Source of the DNA: a virus
Lineage: Duplodnaviria; Caudoviricetes
IMG/VR virus record: IMGVR_UViG_3300036783_000204
Span: 14,522-78,521 of that record
Reading direction: 5' to 3' (one strand)
Length of the DNA: 64,000 bases
The notes under the pieces were generated by a model, which did not search any database, was not told the origin of the DNA, and saw nothing but the letters and a program-made list of their open reading frames with translations. Positions 1 through 9,524 of this stretch are shown here, one piece after another. The first letter of the stretch is position 1; each line of letters starts with the position of its first letter. The position numbers were made by a program, and so were the translations under genes.

Positions 1-1
1 G

Positions 2-217
2 ACGGACGGGGCATGGTTCGACGAATGGCGGATCACAGCGGCGCGCAAGGCGCCCGTGTTCGAAGTGGTCACGACGGACACTGCCGCGTGGCACTCGAAC
101 GGCATCACGGGAATCAACGTGCACTACTCGAAGCGTGTCGCGAACGCGCAGCTACGGACGTTTCGCGAGAAGTGCAAGCCGGGGCAAGGTGCCTTCCTGC
201 GCACCGTGACCGAGTGA
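2..217 (+). CDS. Hypothetical protein (5'-truncated by window)
   Basis: Open frame from base 2 to TGA at 215-217 (TDGAWFDEWRITAARKAPVFEVV...TVTE), followed by the conserved intergenic hairpin. Confidence 0.55.
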   Translation, partial: TDGAWFDEWRITAARKAPVFEVVTTDTAAWHSNGITGINVHYSKRVANAQLRTFREKCKPGQGAFLRTVTE

Positions 218-297
218 GCGCGTGCCATCGGTGATCGCCGTCCACTGCGGACGGCGGTTGCCGTGACCACACGGTCAACCGAGAGGGAGTGACGACA

Positions 298-897
298 ATG
301 CGCACCACGACCACCGAACGGGCGCGGGAAATTGCAGGCGGCTACGCGACGTCCGCCGACCGTGATCGAGAGATGACCCGGTTTTCCTCGACGGGGCAAG
401 CGGACGGATATGAGCTGCTCCAGTGCATCGAACGGGACGCGCGAGAGCTGCTCGAACACCCCGAGTACCCGCCGCAGGCACGCGAGGAAATCCGTGCCGA
501 GCTGGACTACCTCCGCACGTGGGTGCGTGAGGTTCACGGCCGGTATGCCGTGTGTGTCGACCGCGAAGTGTGGACGGAAGATGAGGAGTCGGACGGCGAG
601 AGCACCGACACGGCCGATTACCTCATGTTCGAGACGCTGTCTGAGGTCGCTGACTACATGTTCAAGAATGGTGTAGACCACGTCCGCGACGACGGACAGT
701 GGACCGCGCGAACCATGGTGCAGTCCGCCCGTACGGAGTTCCACGGCACGACCATGCGCGACTATGTGGCCGTTCCGGTGCCGATGGCGGAACGCATCAC
801 CGTGACCCCGGAGTCCGGATTCAGCGACCGCGCGTGGTGCGCGGTGATCCTGTCCGTGAAGCTGAGGTTCGCCCGGGTGGGTGGCCGTCTTGGCTAG
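298..897 (+). CDS. Hypothetical phage protein
   Basis: ORF with GAGAGGGAG RBS before ATG 298 (track start 289). Confidence 0.7.
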   Translation: MRTTTTERAREIAGGYATSADRDREMTRFSSTGQADGYELLQCIERDARELLEHPEYPPQAREEIRAELDYLRTWVREVHGRYAVCVDREVWTEDEESDGESTDTADYLMFETLSEVADYMFKNGVDHVRDDGQWTARTMVQSARTEFHGTTMRDYVAVPVPMAERITVTPESGFSDRAWCAVILSVKLRFARVGGRLG

Positions 898-1150
898 CCC
901 GGAAACGGTTCACGTGTGGGCCGATGGGTTCGACCGATGGCACGCGCGGGTGAGCTTCCCAACGGGCTACACGGCGTCCCGTGTCGCCCGTGAGCGGCCC
1001 CGAATCCGGCGCAAGGCGCGACGTGCCATCCGGCGGCAACTGTCCCTTAGGGGCCAACTGGGCCCCGGGTGGGCATGCCGGGTAGTCCTGCGCGATGACG
1101 CGCGGGACCACTCCGGCGACACGCACTCGATCACGTACCGCGAACGGTGA
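881..1150 (+). CDS. Hypothetical Arg-rich protein
   Basis: 89-aa ORF overlapping the upstream stop, fits operon packing. Confidence 0.5.
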   Translation: MAVLASPETVHVWADGFDRWHARVSFPTGYTASRVARERPRIRRKARRAIRRQLSLRGQLGPGWACRVVLRDDARDHSGDTHSITYRER

Positions 1151-1162
1151 GGTGAACACACA

Positions 1163-1342
1163 ATGCCCGTGTACAACGTCGTCGTGAAAGTTGTCGTGTT
1201 AGTTGACGCTAACAACGGCGAGGAAGCACAGCGAAAGGCCGATGAACACTGGGAGTCCCAAGGGGAATGCGTGTACCGGGACAAAGATGTCGCGCCGTTC
1301 GAGTCGGAACCCCTAGCCCCGGGCACCCCTGTTATCCGCTGA
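1163..1342 (+). CDS. Hypothetical small protein (not in ORF track)
   Basis: GAGGTG RBS, ATG 1163, MPVYNVVVKVVVLVDANNGEEAQRKADEHW..., TGA 1340-1342, followed by conserved hairpin. Confidence 0.55.
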   Translation: MPVYNVVVKVVVLVDANNGEEAQRKADEHWESQGECVYRDKDVAPFESEPLAPGTPVIR

Positions 1343-1425
1343 GCGTGCGCCATCCGTGGGTGAGCGTCCCTAGTGGACGCTCACGCGCGGTCAACGCATG
1401 GTCAAACCAAAGGAAGGAAACGAGA

Positions 1426-1971
1426 ATGACCACGACCACAGTTGCCCCGGCATTGGACACGGACGCGCTTGCCGCGTTGCGTGAGGCGGATAGCCTCACG
1501 TTCCACGTACACCAGGGGCGGGGGTTCATCCGCGCGTACCTCGACGCGCACCGGGACAACATTTACACGGCGCGAGAGCAAAGACTCTTCGCGACGCCCC
1601 AGGAGCACGGCGGGAGACGCCGGGAAATCCCGTGCGAGTACGGGGCAATGGGCTACAGGGTCCACGGTGAGACCGCGTGGACAGCCGCCGGTGCCCCTCA
1701 CATGGCCGCGTACGCGTCGGTGACCTCATCCCGGTACGGCGACGGCACGTGGTCCACTACGGCGGCCGCTCTGCGCGTCGGCGACCGTCTCTATCTCTCG
1801 TGGGTGGCGGACAACAACACGGTAACCCTCGACACGTACGGGCTCCACGCGGACTACCTCACGCTCCGTGCGACACGCGGCGAGGCAGGGAAAGAGCGCG
1901 CACTCGCGTTCCATGTGGCGCACTCGGTTGCGCCGGACAACACGGCTCGCATGATCCGGCGGAACGGATGA
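1426..1971 (+). CDS. Hypothetical phage protein
   Basis: AGGAAGGA RBS and ATG 1426 after a conserved hairpin. Confidence 0.75.
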   Translation: MTTTTVAPALDTDALAALREADSLTFHVHQGRGFIRAYLDAHRDNIYTAREQRLFATPQEHGGRRREIPCEYGAMGYRVHGETAWTAAGAPHMAAYASVTSSRYGDGTWSTTAAALRVGDRLYLSWVADNNTVTLDTYGLHADYLTLRATRGEAGKERALAFHVAHSVAPDNTARMIRRNG

Positions 1972-2219
1972 TCCCCCGGGAGGAGACGGCACCGGAAACG
2001 CGGCCTGTCGGCACGCTGGATCTGGAACCCGGCATGCGGCTACTCGTCGCGCGAGGCATTGTGCGCACGGTGGGAGCCGTAACGGATAGCGGGTACGTCG
2101 CGACGTCCGGACCGATCTTCAATGTGTGGTACGCGGGCCCGGTGCCGGATGACGGGTGGCCGGGCCCAGGCAACTCCGGCACACGTACATCCAAGTGGCG
2201 CGTAATCGTCGGCGACTGA
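1968..2219 (+). CDS. Hypothetical protein
   Basis: ATGA overlap with upstream gene; 83 aa. Confidence 0.6.
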   Translation: MIPREETAPETRPVGTLDLEPGMRLLVARGIVRTVGAVTDSGYVATSGPIFNVWYAGPVPDDGWPGPGNSGTRTSKWRVIVGD

Positions 2220-2301
2220 ACCGTGTGGTGTCGGCCGTGAACGTCCCGTGTGGACGTTCACCGGCCGTCTCCATACGACTCAGACCTAGGAAGGTACGCG
2301 C

Positions 2302-2781
2302 ATGACAACTCAAAGACAGACCCGCAGACGTCGACCGATGTCGACGCACGTCGTGGTGTGGGGATCGTTCTTGGTGGCACTGGCGGGATCGTTCGGGTTT
2401 CAGGTGGCCAGCACGGTCATTCGGAACGGGGTGGGCCCGTCCATCGCGGTGGCCTTCTTGTGGCCCCTGCTCAATCTCGGGGCCATCGAAATGATGATCG
2501 GGTCACACTGGCGACCGGGTCACGGGTGGACGGCCGCGCGGTACGGGCTCTCCGGGGCGGTGGCCGTGATCTCGTTCGTGATCTCGTTCGGGCACATTCA
2601 ATCGGTCATGCTCGCGATGGGTGAGACGCCCGCTGCCGCGTTCGCGGGGCCGTTCGCCATCGATGTACTGATGTTGCTCGCGGGTGCGTCCCTGGTGGCG
2701 CTGAGGGCCCCTAAACCACGTGCACGGCCCCGGAAGGCCACCCCCCGGCGTAAACCCGCGCTTCGCGTGGCCACGGCGTAG
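2302..2781 (+). CDS. DUF2637/SpdA-like multi-pass membrane protein
   Basis: About four hydrophobic segments; motif ISFGHIQSVMLAMGE...AGPFAIDVLML resembles DUF2637; basic C-tail. Confidence 0.65.
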   Translation: MTTQRQTRRRRPMSTHVVVWGSFLVALAGSFGFQVASTVIRNGVGPSIAVAFLWPLLNLGAIEMMIGSHWRPGHGWTAARYGLSGAVAVISFVISFGHIQSVMLAMGETPAAAFAGPFAIDVLMLLAGASLVALRAPKPRARPRKATPRRKPALRVATA

Positions 2782-2861
2782 CCCCGTGTGCAGTCGGCCG
2801 CGCCCGTCCAACTGGGACGGGCGTTGGCCGTCACCGCACGGTGAAACGGAAGGGAGACAAG

Positions 2862-3146
2862 GTGAGCGAGCGCTACGAACGCCCGACGTTCGACAAGGAC
2901 AAGCTTTTCACGTTCGACGGGGTCAAGATCACGGAAGGGCTCCGGGTGTGGGATCACAATCTGGACTCCGGGGCCGTGACGTTCGCGGGGGTCCGCACGG
3001 ACTCGGGCTACTGGGACGGCTGGTTTCACGTCGCTCTGGACAAGGGCGGCCGGTCCTACATGAACGCGGAGCGCGTCCGTACGCGTCACCACACGGACGG
3101 ACGCAAGCCGCCAACAACGGAACACGCAACGGAAGGGAAGAAATGA
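2862..3146 (+). CDS. Hypothetical phage protein
   Basis: GGAAGGGAG RBS and GTG 2862. Confidence 0.7.
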   Translation: MSERYERPTFDKDKLFTFDGVKITEGLRVWDHNLDSGAVTFAGVRTDSGYWDGWFHVALDKGGRSYMNAERVRTRHHTDGRKPPTTEHATEGKK

Positions 3147-3472
3147 ACGAGACGACCACAAAGACGCTCACGGACATGCGCGAGGGGCTGTTCGCACTCG
3201 CGCGCGCCCAACGGGATGTCATCCCGCCGCCATCGGTCACGGCCGCGATGGTCACCGAATGGGCCGTGGCCCTTCGCAAGATCCTTAACGAGTGGGCCGA
3301 GGATGCGGAGCGCGCGACGGGTTCCAGGCCGGACGGATGGGACGTCACGGTCACCCACGAGGACGGTCACGTCGCAAAGGACGCGTGCTCGGATTTCGAC
3401 ACCATGAACGAGACTCTTTCGCGGCACGCCGGGAGCGAACACGGCGACATCACGCGAATCGTGATGGTTTGA
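3143..3472 (+). CDS. Hypothetical protein
   Basis: ATGA overlap, GGAAGGGAAG RBS. Confidence 0.7.
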   Translation: MNETTTKTLTDMREGLFALARAQRDVIPPPSVTAAMVTEWAVALRKILNEWAEDAERATGSRPDGWDVTVTHEDGHVAKDACSDFDTMNETLSRHAGSEHGDITRIVMV

Positions 3473-3611
3473 CCCGTGTGACCAACGGTAGGGACCGTCC
3501 CAACTGGACGGTTCCGGCCGTGGCCACACGGTCAAAGCTGAAAGGGGCTCCAGGGCCCCCAACTGAGCCGTACGGGACCGAACTCGAACGGCTAAATCGA
3601 AAGGTGAGCAC

Positions 3612-3848
3612 ATGACCACACCGGCAGAGGAACTGTCGTGTCTGCACGGACCGGAAGGGTGCACCGGCACCGTGAAGCCCCGGGAGCCACTGAGTGGAAC
3701 CGGGAAGTCGTTCGACTGGTGCGACGGACACTGGGCGAAGCGGCTCGACATACAGGAACGGGTACGCCGTGACTACCCGGACTCGCCGGTCGCTCCGGCG
3801 TGGTTCGACCCGGCGAATGCCGGGGAACGGTGGGACGACGACTACTGA
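3612..3848 (+). CDS. Small actinophage protein (Cys/His-containing, C-terminal WFDPANAGERWDDDY)
   Basis: RBS AAGGTGAG; C-terminal motif resembles small mycobacteriophage early proteins. Confidence 0.75.
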   Translation: MTTPAEELSCLHGPEGCTGTVKPREPLSGTGKSFDWCDGHWAKRLDIQERVRRDYPDSPVAPAWFDPANAGERWDDDY

Positions 3849-3966
3849 TCCCCCAACTACCCCGCCCGCGTGATCAACGGTCGCGTACGGCCCCCCCTGG
3901 CGGGCCGTACGGGTGCCGTGACCGCACGGACAACCGTACGGCGACACGAAAGAAGGAAGAGACACC

Positions 3967-4158
3967 GTGAGCGAATTCCGAGTGCTTATCAAGACCGATA
4001 ACGCGGCCTTCGAAGACGGCCGGGACGCCGAGCTGGCGCGCATCCTCCGGGAGATCGCCGACGGTCTGGACGAGGGGGTTTCGGCTGGCAACGTCCGCGA
4101 CATCAACGGCAACACCGTGGGCGACTTCGGTGCGCGCATCGACGGCACCATGCCCTGA
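3967..4158 (+). CDS. Small conserved phage protein
   Basis: IKTDNAAF...ELARILREIAD...VRDINGNTVG motif typical of a widespread small phage family. Confidence 0.75.
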   Translation: MSEFRVLIKTDNAAFEDGRDAELARILREIADGLDEGVSAGNVRDINGNTVGDFGARIDGTMP

Positions 4159-4260
4159 TCTGTCCGTGTGACCGCTTTCGCGCCCGTCACCTGTGGACGG
4201 GTGCGGGCGTGGCTACACGGCCAACGAAAAGCAGCAGCCGAAGCAACGGGAGAGCAGACA

Positions 4261-4506
4261 ATGAGCGACACGCAGGAAAACACCCGCTGGGTCGAGGTGT
4301 GGATCATCAATGACGGCGACTACCACGACCGCGCGCTTGAACTCGCGACGGACGGAGACACGGACGGACTTGGGGAATACCTGACGGAGTCCCTGAAAGG
4401 CGCCCCTGAGGGGTCCGGCGCGTGGCACACGGCCCAGGAGATGTCTGACGCTGACTACGGCCGTGTGGACTGGAAAGAGATCGCCGAGACCCTGACAGCC
4501 AAGTAA
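4261..4506 (+). CDS. Hypothetical acidic protein
   Basis: GGGAGAG RBS and ATG 4261 downstream of conserved hairpin. Confidence 0.75.
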   Translation: MSDTQENTRWVEVWIINDGDYHDRALELATDGDTDGLGEYLTESLKGAPEGSGAWHTAQEMSDADYGRVDWKEIAETLTAK

Positions 4507-4515
4507 GGGGATCAC

Positions 4516-5052
4516 ATGTCCGACCACGCCATGCCGGACGTCGTGTGCGTCACGTGCCAGCAGCCGCTGAACCGGTTCCAACAGGACGGCGTCACAACCT
4601 GGCTTCACCCGAAGGCGAAGGAAGCCGACCACGAGGCAATCCCGATCCCCCGCGCGGAAGCTACACACGTGGTTTACGTGTGCGACTTCTGCGGAGGCGG
4701 AGACGTGCACTGGTCTTACCCTGTCGGCGGGGAGATTAAGACGATTACGGCAATGCCGAAGTTCAGCGAGGAGAAGGAACGCAAGCAAGTTGCGAAGGAC
4801 TGGGACGTGGAGCGGCACAAAGCGGCGCCTGCTCAGGAGCTTGGAGAGAACCGCTTCAGTGACCGCTGGGCTGCATGCGACCCGTGCTCCGATCTCATCG
4901 AGCTGCGGGACATGGAACGGTTGATCACTCGCCTGCGGCGACTGGAACCGGCGAAGTTCGCCGTTCCGCCGGTCACGCGGACGCTGCTCCGCCAACACTT
5001 CGGCGAGTTCTTCCGGCTGGTACGCGACAGGGAGCCTATAGAGCCCGCGTGA
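4516..5052 (+). CDS. Hypothetical zinc-binding protein
   Basis: CxxC motifs (CVTC, CDFC, CDPC); AAGGGG RBS. Confidence 0.75.
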   Translation: MSDHAMPDVVCVTCQQPLNRFQQDGVTTWLHPKAKEADHEAIPIPRAEATHVVYVCDFCGGGDVHWSYPVGGEIKTITAMPKFSEEKERKQVAKDWDVERHKAAPAQELGENRFSDRWAACDPCSDLIELRDMERLITRLRRLEPAKFAVPPVTRTLLRQHFGEFFRLVRDREPIEPA

Positions 5053-5136
5053 CCGCGTTCGCGGCCGACCCTTCGGGGTCGGCCGGGTTCGGGGCTACAC
5101 GGCCAACTGAGAGCCCGGAAACTAGGAAGGGAAGAC

Positions 5137-5385
5137 ATGTACACCACCGCAGAGGGAACCATCGCCCGTCTCGACCGGCGGAAGGCCAGCACCAACGGGA
5201 ACCCGCGCTACCGGGTGACCCTCGTGGGACAGGCGACCATCGACACGGAGACCGACGCGTCGGTCAACTACGCGATCGACAACCCCGAGTACCGCGACGT
5301 GCCGGTCATTCTCACGCTGGAGCGGAGCAAGATCGTAGGCATTCGGACGGCCGACGGGGTGCACACCGACGGCCCGCAGGGCTAA
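5137..5385 (+). CDS. Hypothetical protein
   Basis: AGGAAGGGAAG RBS; 82 aa. Confidence 0.75.
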   Translation: MYTTAEGTIARLDRRKASTNGNPRYRVTLVGQATIDTETDASVNYAIDNPEYRDVPVILTLERSKIVGIRTADGVHTDGPQG

Positions 5386-5474
5386 CCCGGTCCGTGCCGC
5401 GCTTGGTCCCGGCCGTCCCAACTGGACGGCCGGGTGCCATGGCAACACGGCCGAACAGAAGGAAGGAGGTACGG

Positions 5475-6257
5475 ATGTCGAGCACACTCGACCCGAAGCA
5501 CGCGGAAGTGCTGCGGTGGCTGATCGAGGGGGAACCGGACCGCTACGCGGTGGCATCGCAGCTCCCCGACCAGGAGGGGCTGTACCACTACTCGACCCTC
5601 AAGGCGATGGAACGACGCGGCCTCGTCACCCTGCGCGGGATGAGCAACCACATGATCGGCACACCCCGAGGCACCCGGCAAGTCGCCACCATCACCGAGA
5701 AGGGAAGAGCGGTCGCGGCGAAGGAGGGAAGTGGCGACGATGCCAGCCCGGTCAAGGCGAGCGAGCCGCCTGCACCCGTTGTAACCAACGCAAAGAAGCA
5801 GGCGAGGAAGGCGGAGAAGTACCCCCGCGTCGTGTGCCCGTTGTGCGGGAACGACAGATTACTCAGGCATGACGGCACGTTCCCGAACCATCTGCGGGTC
5901 CGTACGGAGCCCGGGACGTGCAAGGGAACGGGCAAGACCCCGGCGGAGGCACTGGAGATGCGCGAGATGTCCAGCAGCGAGCTTGACTCGAATCGGCCAC
6001 CGCTGACGGGCTTCGCGCCTGAAATCACGTGGACCAGAGGTAACCACGGGAGCCTTCGCGGCAGCGTGAACCGAATCCTGTTGTTCACCATCGGGTGGGG
6101 CATCACGCGGGACGAGGACGGCCCGTACAGCCTCACGACGACGCTGCCCGGCTTCAAGCCTCCGGTCTGGCGGTGCGCCAGCGAGGGGACGGCACGCGAT
6201 AAGGCTGACCAGCTGCTCCGGGGGTTCATCGATCGCCTGACCAGCAAGGAAGCCTAG
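5475..6257 (+). CDS. Hypothetical multi-domain protein (N-terminal winged-helix-like, central Zn ribbon)
   Basis: GGAGG RBS and ATG 5475; TLKAMERRGLV...ATITEKGR wHTH-like segment; CPLC...H...C. Confidence 0.7.
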   Translation: MSSTLDPKHAEVLRWLIEGEPDRYAVASQLPDQEGLYHYSTLKAMERRGLVTLRGMSNHMIGTPRGTRQVATITEKGRAVAAKEGSGDDASPVKASEPPAPVVTNAKKQARKAEKYPRVVCPLCGNDRLLRHDGTFPNHLRVRTEPGTCKGTGKTPAEALEMREMSSSELDSNRPPLTGFAPEITWTRGNHGSLRGSVNRILLFTIGWGITRDEDGPYSLTTTLPGFKPPVWRCASEGTARDKADQLLRGFIDRLTSKEA

Positions 6258-6414
6258 GTGTCCTATAGCCCCCAACTGAGGCCGGTTTAGCCGGAACTGG
6301 TCGGGACAAGCAATAGGTGCCGGGCGAGCACGATCATCCGTGCCGACACAGTGGCGGGCGTCCAACTGACGTCCGTTGCTGCGGCGACACGGCCGACAGA
6401 GGAAGGGGAAGTAG

Positions 6415-6801
6415 ATGGCGCAAGACACCCGTAGCACCCACTACACGTGCGAGTGCGGATCGGGGAACTTCACGTGCTCGGACTGCGGTCGTTCGGACTT
6501 CGTGTTCCCGTTGCCCGAGGAACCGGCGACGCCGTTCAATGGACACCCGTTGATCGCGTCAGCTCCCACGAAGAACGGCGGTTTCGTCATCGTGGTCAAG
6601 TACGGCGACGAAAGCGTCGTCGCCGAGGCGCGGACGCTGACGGACCGGGAGTGGAGTAACGGGCACTACTGCCCCGAACTCGACACCGCCATGCGGGACT
6701 TCGCCTCGCGCATTGCCAGCGGCTACAGGGAGCTGCCGCTGGCGAACCCGGAGGTTCAGGCCGTCACCGACACATGGAACGCGAACAGGAAGACCACATG
6801 A
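6415..6801 (+). CDS. Hypothetical protein with N-terminal Zn finger
   Basis: GAGGAAGGGG RBS; CEC...CSDC. Confidence 0.7.
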   Translation: MAQDTRSTHYTCECGSGNFTCSDCGRSDFVFPLPEEPATPFNGHPLIASAPTKNGGFVIVVKYGDESVVAEARTLTDREWSNGHYCPELDTAMRDFASRIASGYRELPLANPEVQAVTDTWNANRKTT

Positions 6802-7439
6802 GCGAGGACACCTACCCGCAGGCCCGGCAGCCCCGGCGCGACACCGGATGCCCGGCGTGCGGCGCAGACATCAAGCCGACCACGAGCAAGGAGGTTTGGC
6901 CTCAGCACCCGATCGGCGGGGTCAAGGGAGCGGAAAGGTGCGGCCTGTCCGGGCACGGAATCAGCTACCAGACCGACGTGTACTTTCGGACGTTCTTCGA
7001 CCGCGAGAACCCTGAGGGTTTCCCTGTGACCGGCCACCAGATCACGACTCAGCTGGAGGACATGGGTGACGCGATCGGCGTTATCAACCGGCTGGCAATT
7101 GCGTCGGGGTACGACGCGGGGCCGGGGCACCCGGTCGCCGAGATCACCTCGCGCATCGTCGAGGACGACTACCCGCGCCTTCGTGACGAGCTGGACCGGC
7201 ACGCACGCAAACGCGGCTGGGTGAAGCAGCCGCCCCGGCCGTCGCGTGAGGCGTTCGTCGCGAAGGCGGCGCAGAACATCGCCCGCGTCCACCACGACGG
7301 CATCAGCACCGGCCCGGACGTCACGGATGACGAGTGGCGGGACATCTGGGAGGTCGTGTTCACCGACTCAGTGCGCGCCCGGTACCACGACATGGCATCC
7401 GTTGCACTGGTCGGACTTCCGGCCCGCTGGTGGGCCTGA
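6798..7439 (+). CDS. Hypothetical protein
   Basis: ATGA overlap; CPAC...H...C motif. Confidence 0.7.
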   Translation: MSEDTYPQARQPRRDTGCPACGADIKPTTSKEVWPQHPIGGVKGAERCGLSGHGISYQTDVYFRTFFDRENPEGFPVTGHQITTQLEDMGDAIGVINRLAIASGYDAGPGHPVAEITSRIVEDDYPRLRDELDRHARKRGWVKQPPRPSREAFVAKAAQNIARVHHDGISTGPDVTDDEWRDIWEVVFTDSVRARYHDMASVALVGLPARWWA

Positions 7440-7539
7440 TCCGTGCCGCACATGGCCGCGTGCGTCCGATGTGGACGCCCGTAGGCCACGGCTGTTCGGC
7501 CGAAACCCTCTATATGTACCCAACTGGAAGGAAAATCCG

Positions 7540-8004
7540 ATGGAAAGATCAGAAGAAATGACAGGTGCCGTTCAGGTGCTGACACCCCCGGAAACCCGCG
7601 CGTGGCTGGTCCGGAAGGACGAGCGGGACGCGGTGATCGTCTCGGGTGAGGCCGGGATCTACCTGTACGAGCCGGGAACCGTGCCGGTGAAGCTCGACGC
7701 GGTGGAGATGGAGGGGTGCGCCACCGAGGCCGAGGACGCGCAGGTGATCACGACGGCATCCGGCGTGGAAGCCGAGTACGCCGGTGATGAACTGGTCACC
7801 ATGGCGTCGCGGGATGCGGCGGAGGAGCTGGCGGTGGAGCAGCGGGACGCAGCCGAGGAGGCCGCCGAAGGTGCTCGGAAGAGGCTGGAGTCCCTGTTGG
7901 ACAAGATCCGAGCCGCCCACGACACCGAGCCGAGCGGGCACGCTGGGCTCTTCCAGTGGTGCACGCATCCCGTGTGCGGAGCCGTTCGCGCACTGGCGAA
8001 CTAA
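7540..8004 (+). CDS. Hypothetical acidic/coiled-coil protein
   Basis: GGAAGGA RBS and ATG 7540. Confidence 0.7.
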   Translation: MERSEEMTGAVQVLTPPETRAWLVRKDERDAVIVSGEAGIYLYEPGTVPVKLDAVEMEGCATEAEDAQVITTASGVEAEYAGDELVTMASRDAAEELAVEQRDAAEEAAEGARKRLESLLDKIRAAHDTEPSGHAGLFQWCTHPVCGAVRALAN

Positions 8005-8048
8005 GGGAAACGGAGGGGCACTATGTCCCCGCGCGGGAGGGAGAAGGC

Positions 8049-8654
8049 GTGACGGTGCATGTGGAGCTGAACGGGGTCCTGGATGCGCAGCTGGAGGCCA
8101 TCCAGGGCCCCCCGGAACTGGCGGCCGTAATCCGCGGCCGGAAGCGACGGAACCGGGGGCGCGGCGGGCACTCGACGGTGCTGGCTTTCCCCGTGCTCGA
8201 AGAGAGTTTGTCCGCGTTGGACGCGTTCCAAGACGTGCTGGCGAAGTGGTTCGCCGTCGCGACGAAGCAGGCGGCTAGTGCGCCGATGAAGAGGGGGCGC
8301 ACTCCCGAACGGGTTGCCGTGCTGGCGGCCTCGCAGGCGCAGGCCGCTTGTCAGGATGCGCGGGATTCGCTGGCGCAGACGCTCGCCGTCCTGGGCGACC
8401 CAGATGTCGTCGCGTTCCGGAAGATCCTCGGGGAACTGGGGGAGCTTCGGGCCCGGCGGCGCGGTCAACGCCGGGCGGCGGCCAGGCAAACGGGCCGGGA
8501 AATCGCGGCGTTAACTCGATTGAGGGACACCGCGATCCGGCATCTTGGCGGACGGCTAACGACCGCGCAACTCGGAGCGATTACCGCGATGTCACTCTCG
8601 CAGCTCAGGCGCATCAAACTCACAGACGAGCCAGATCCCGTTCAGAGCGATTAG
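8049..8654 (+). CDS. Hypothetical protein, possible C-terminal HTH
   Basis: GGGAGGGAG RBS and GTG 8049; LTTAQLGAITAMSLSQLRRI at C-terminus. Confidence 0.55.
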   Translation: MTVHVELNGVLDAQLEAIQGPPELAAVIRGRKRRNRGRGGHSTVLAFPVLEESLSALDAFQDVLAKWFAVATKQAASAPMKRGRTPERVAVLAASQAQAACQDARDSLAQTLAVLGDPDVVAFRKILGELGELRARRRGQRRAAARQTGREIAALTRLRDTAIRHLGGRLTTAQLGAITAMSLSQLRRIKLTDEPDPVQSD

Positions 8655-8841
8655 AGCAAGGGGGACTTTGGCCATTGTCTCCGAATGGGTGGTCCTGGCC
8701 TGCAACTATCACTTTCTGTAGCCGTCAGAATCGCCCGAATGGCCTAGCGCGCCTCGGTTGTTTTTCCTGAGCGACCGGGGATAACGTCTCGCTTCAAGAT
8801 CGAAACGCGATTAATCAGCAAACGACAGGATTGGAACCCCG

Positions 8842-9456
8842 ATGCACCCGAAGTCCCCCGTGAAGAGCGACCACGTGATCCAGCGTGTCCACGAGGTCAT
8901 CAAGGACCGGATCAACAGCCGTGGCCTGAACCCGCGCATCATCGGCCAGAAGATCGGTGTGTCCCACCAGACCGTCAGGAACGCCTTGTTCGTGACGACG
9001 TCTCCCGAGCCGGAGTCAACGCACGGCATCCGGTTGCAGCGGATATCTGCGCTCGCGGGCTGGAAGCCTGAGACCATCGCCGGACTGCTCAGCCAGGAGA
9101 TCCTCATCGAGGACGTGCTGTCCGGGCTGTACGACGCCGACGCGCCGAAGCTTGAGGCGGTTCGTGCGGTGCAGGGACGCAAGGCGCCCCGGAAGGCCGC
9201 AGGCAAGGCCCCAGGGAAGGCGCTGGCACTGGCGTCGAGCGCGGCCCTGACGAGCGCTCAGGAGAAGGCCCCCGCGCCCAGCACGGTCGACGTCACCGTT
9301 CCGCACGGCTCCGGGCCGATCGCGAAGGCCGTCCGGGCAGATCGGGTCCGCGAGGTGGCCCTTCAGCAGGAGGTGCACCAGCTCCGCACGCTCGTCGATG
9401 CCTTGTGCGCCGAACTGGGCGTCAACCCGGCACAGATCATCGCGAAGGCCAACTGA
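8842..9456 (+). CDS. HTH DNA-binding protein
   Basis: LNPRIIGQKIGVSHQTVRNAL helix-turn-helix; C-terminal coiled coil. Confidence 0.65.
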   Translation: MHPKSPVKSDHVIQRVHEVIKDRINSRGLNPRIIGQKIGVSHQTVRNALFVTTSPEPESTHGIRLQRISALAGWKPETIAGLLSQEILIEDVLSGLYDADAPKLEAVRAVQGRKAPRKAAGKAPGKALALASSAALTSAQEKAPAPSTVDVTVPHGSGPIAKAVRADRVREVALQQEVHQLRTLVDALCAELGVNPAQIIAKAN

Positions 9457-9524
9457 CTCCCGCATCCTCGGTCCCCACCGAAGTTCACTTCCACGTCGTC
9501 GAATTCTCTTGCGAGGCAAACACG

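Larger units (their letters stand above)
236..7491 (+). repeat. Dispersed intergenic repeat: GTCC-N5-GGAC-centred hairpin, often followed by a CCGTG-N4-CACGG mini-hairpin and RBS
   Basis: Hairpins at 236-256, 1360-1384, 2232-2267, 2801-2823, 3491-3515, 4180-4204 (variant), 5408-5434, 6355-6375 (variant), 7462-7478, all between a stop codon and the next RBS. Confidence 0.9.

Noticed and set aside
1036-1066. GGGCC-AACTG-GGCCC mini-hairpin with the AACTG loop
   Set aside because: Lies inside a probable coding region and lacks the GTCC/GGAC core and downstream element; not counted as an array unit
236-7491. CRISPR array interpretation of the repeated hairpins
   Set aside because: Repeats are degenerate, separated by whole ORFs of 200-1000 bp, and no cas genes are present
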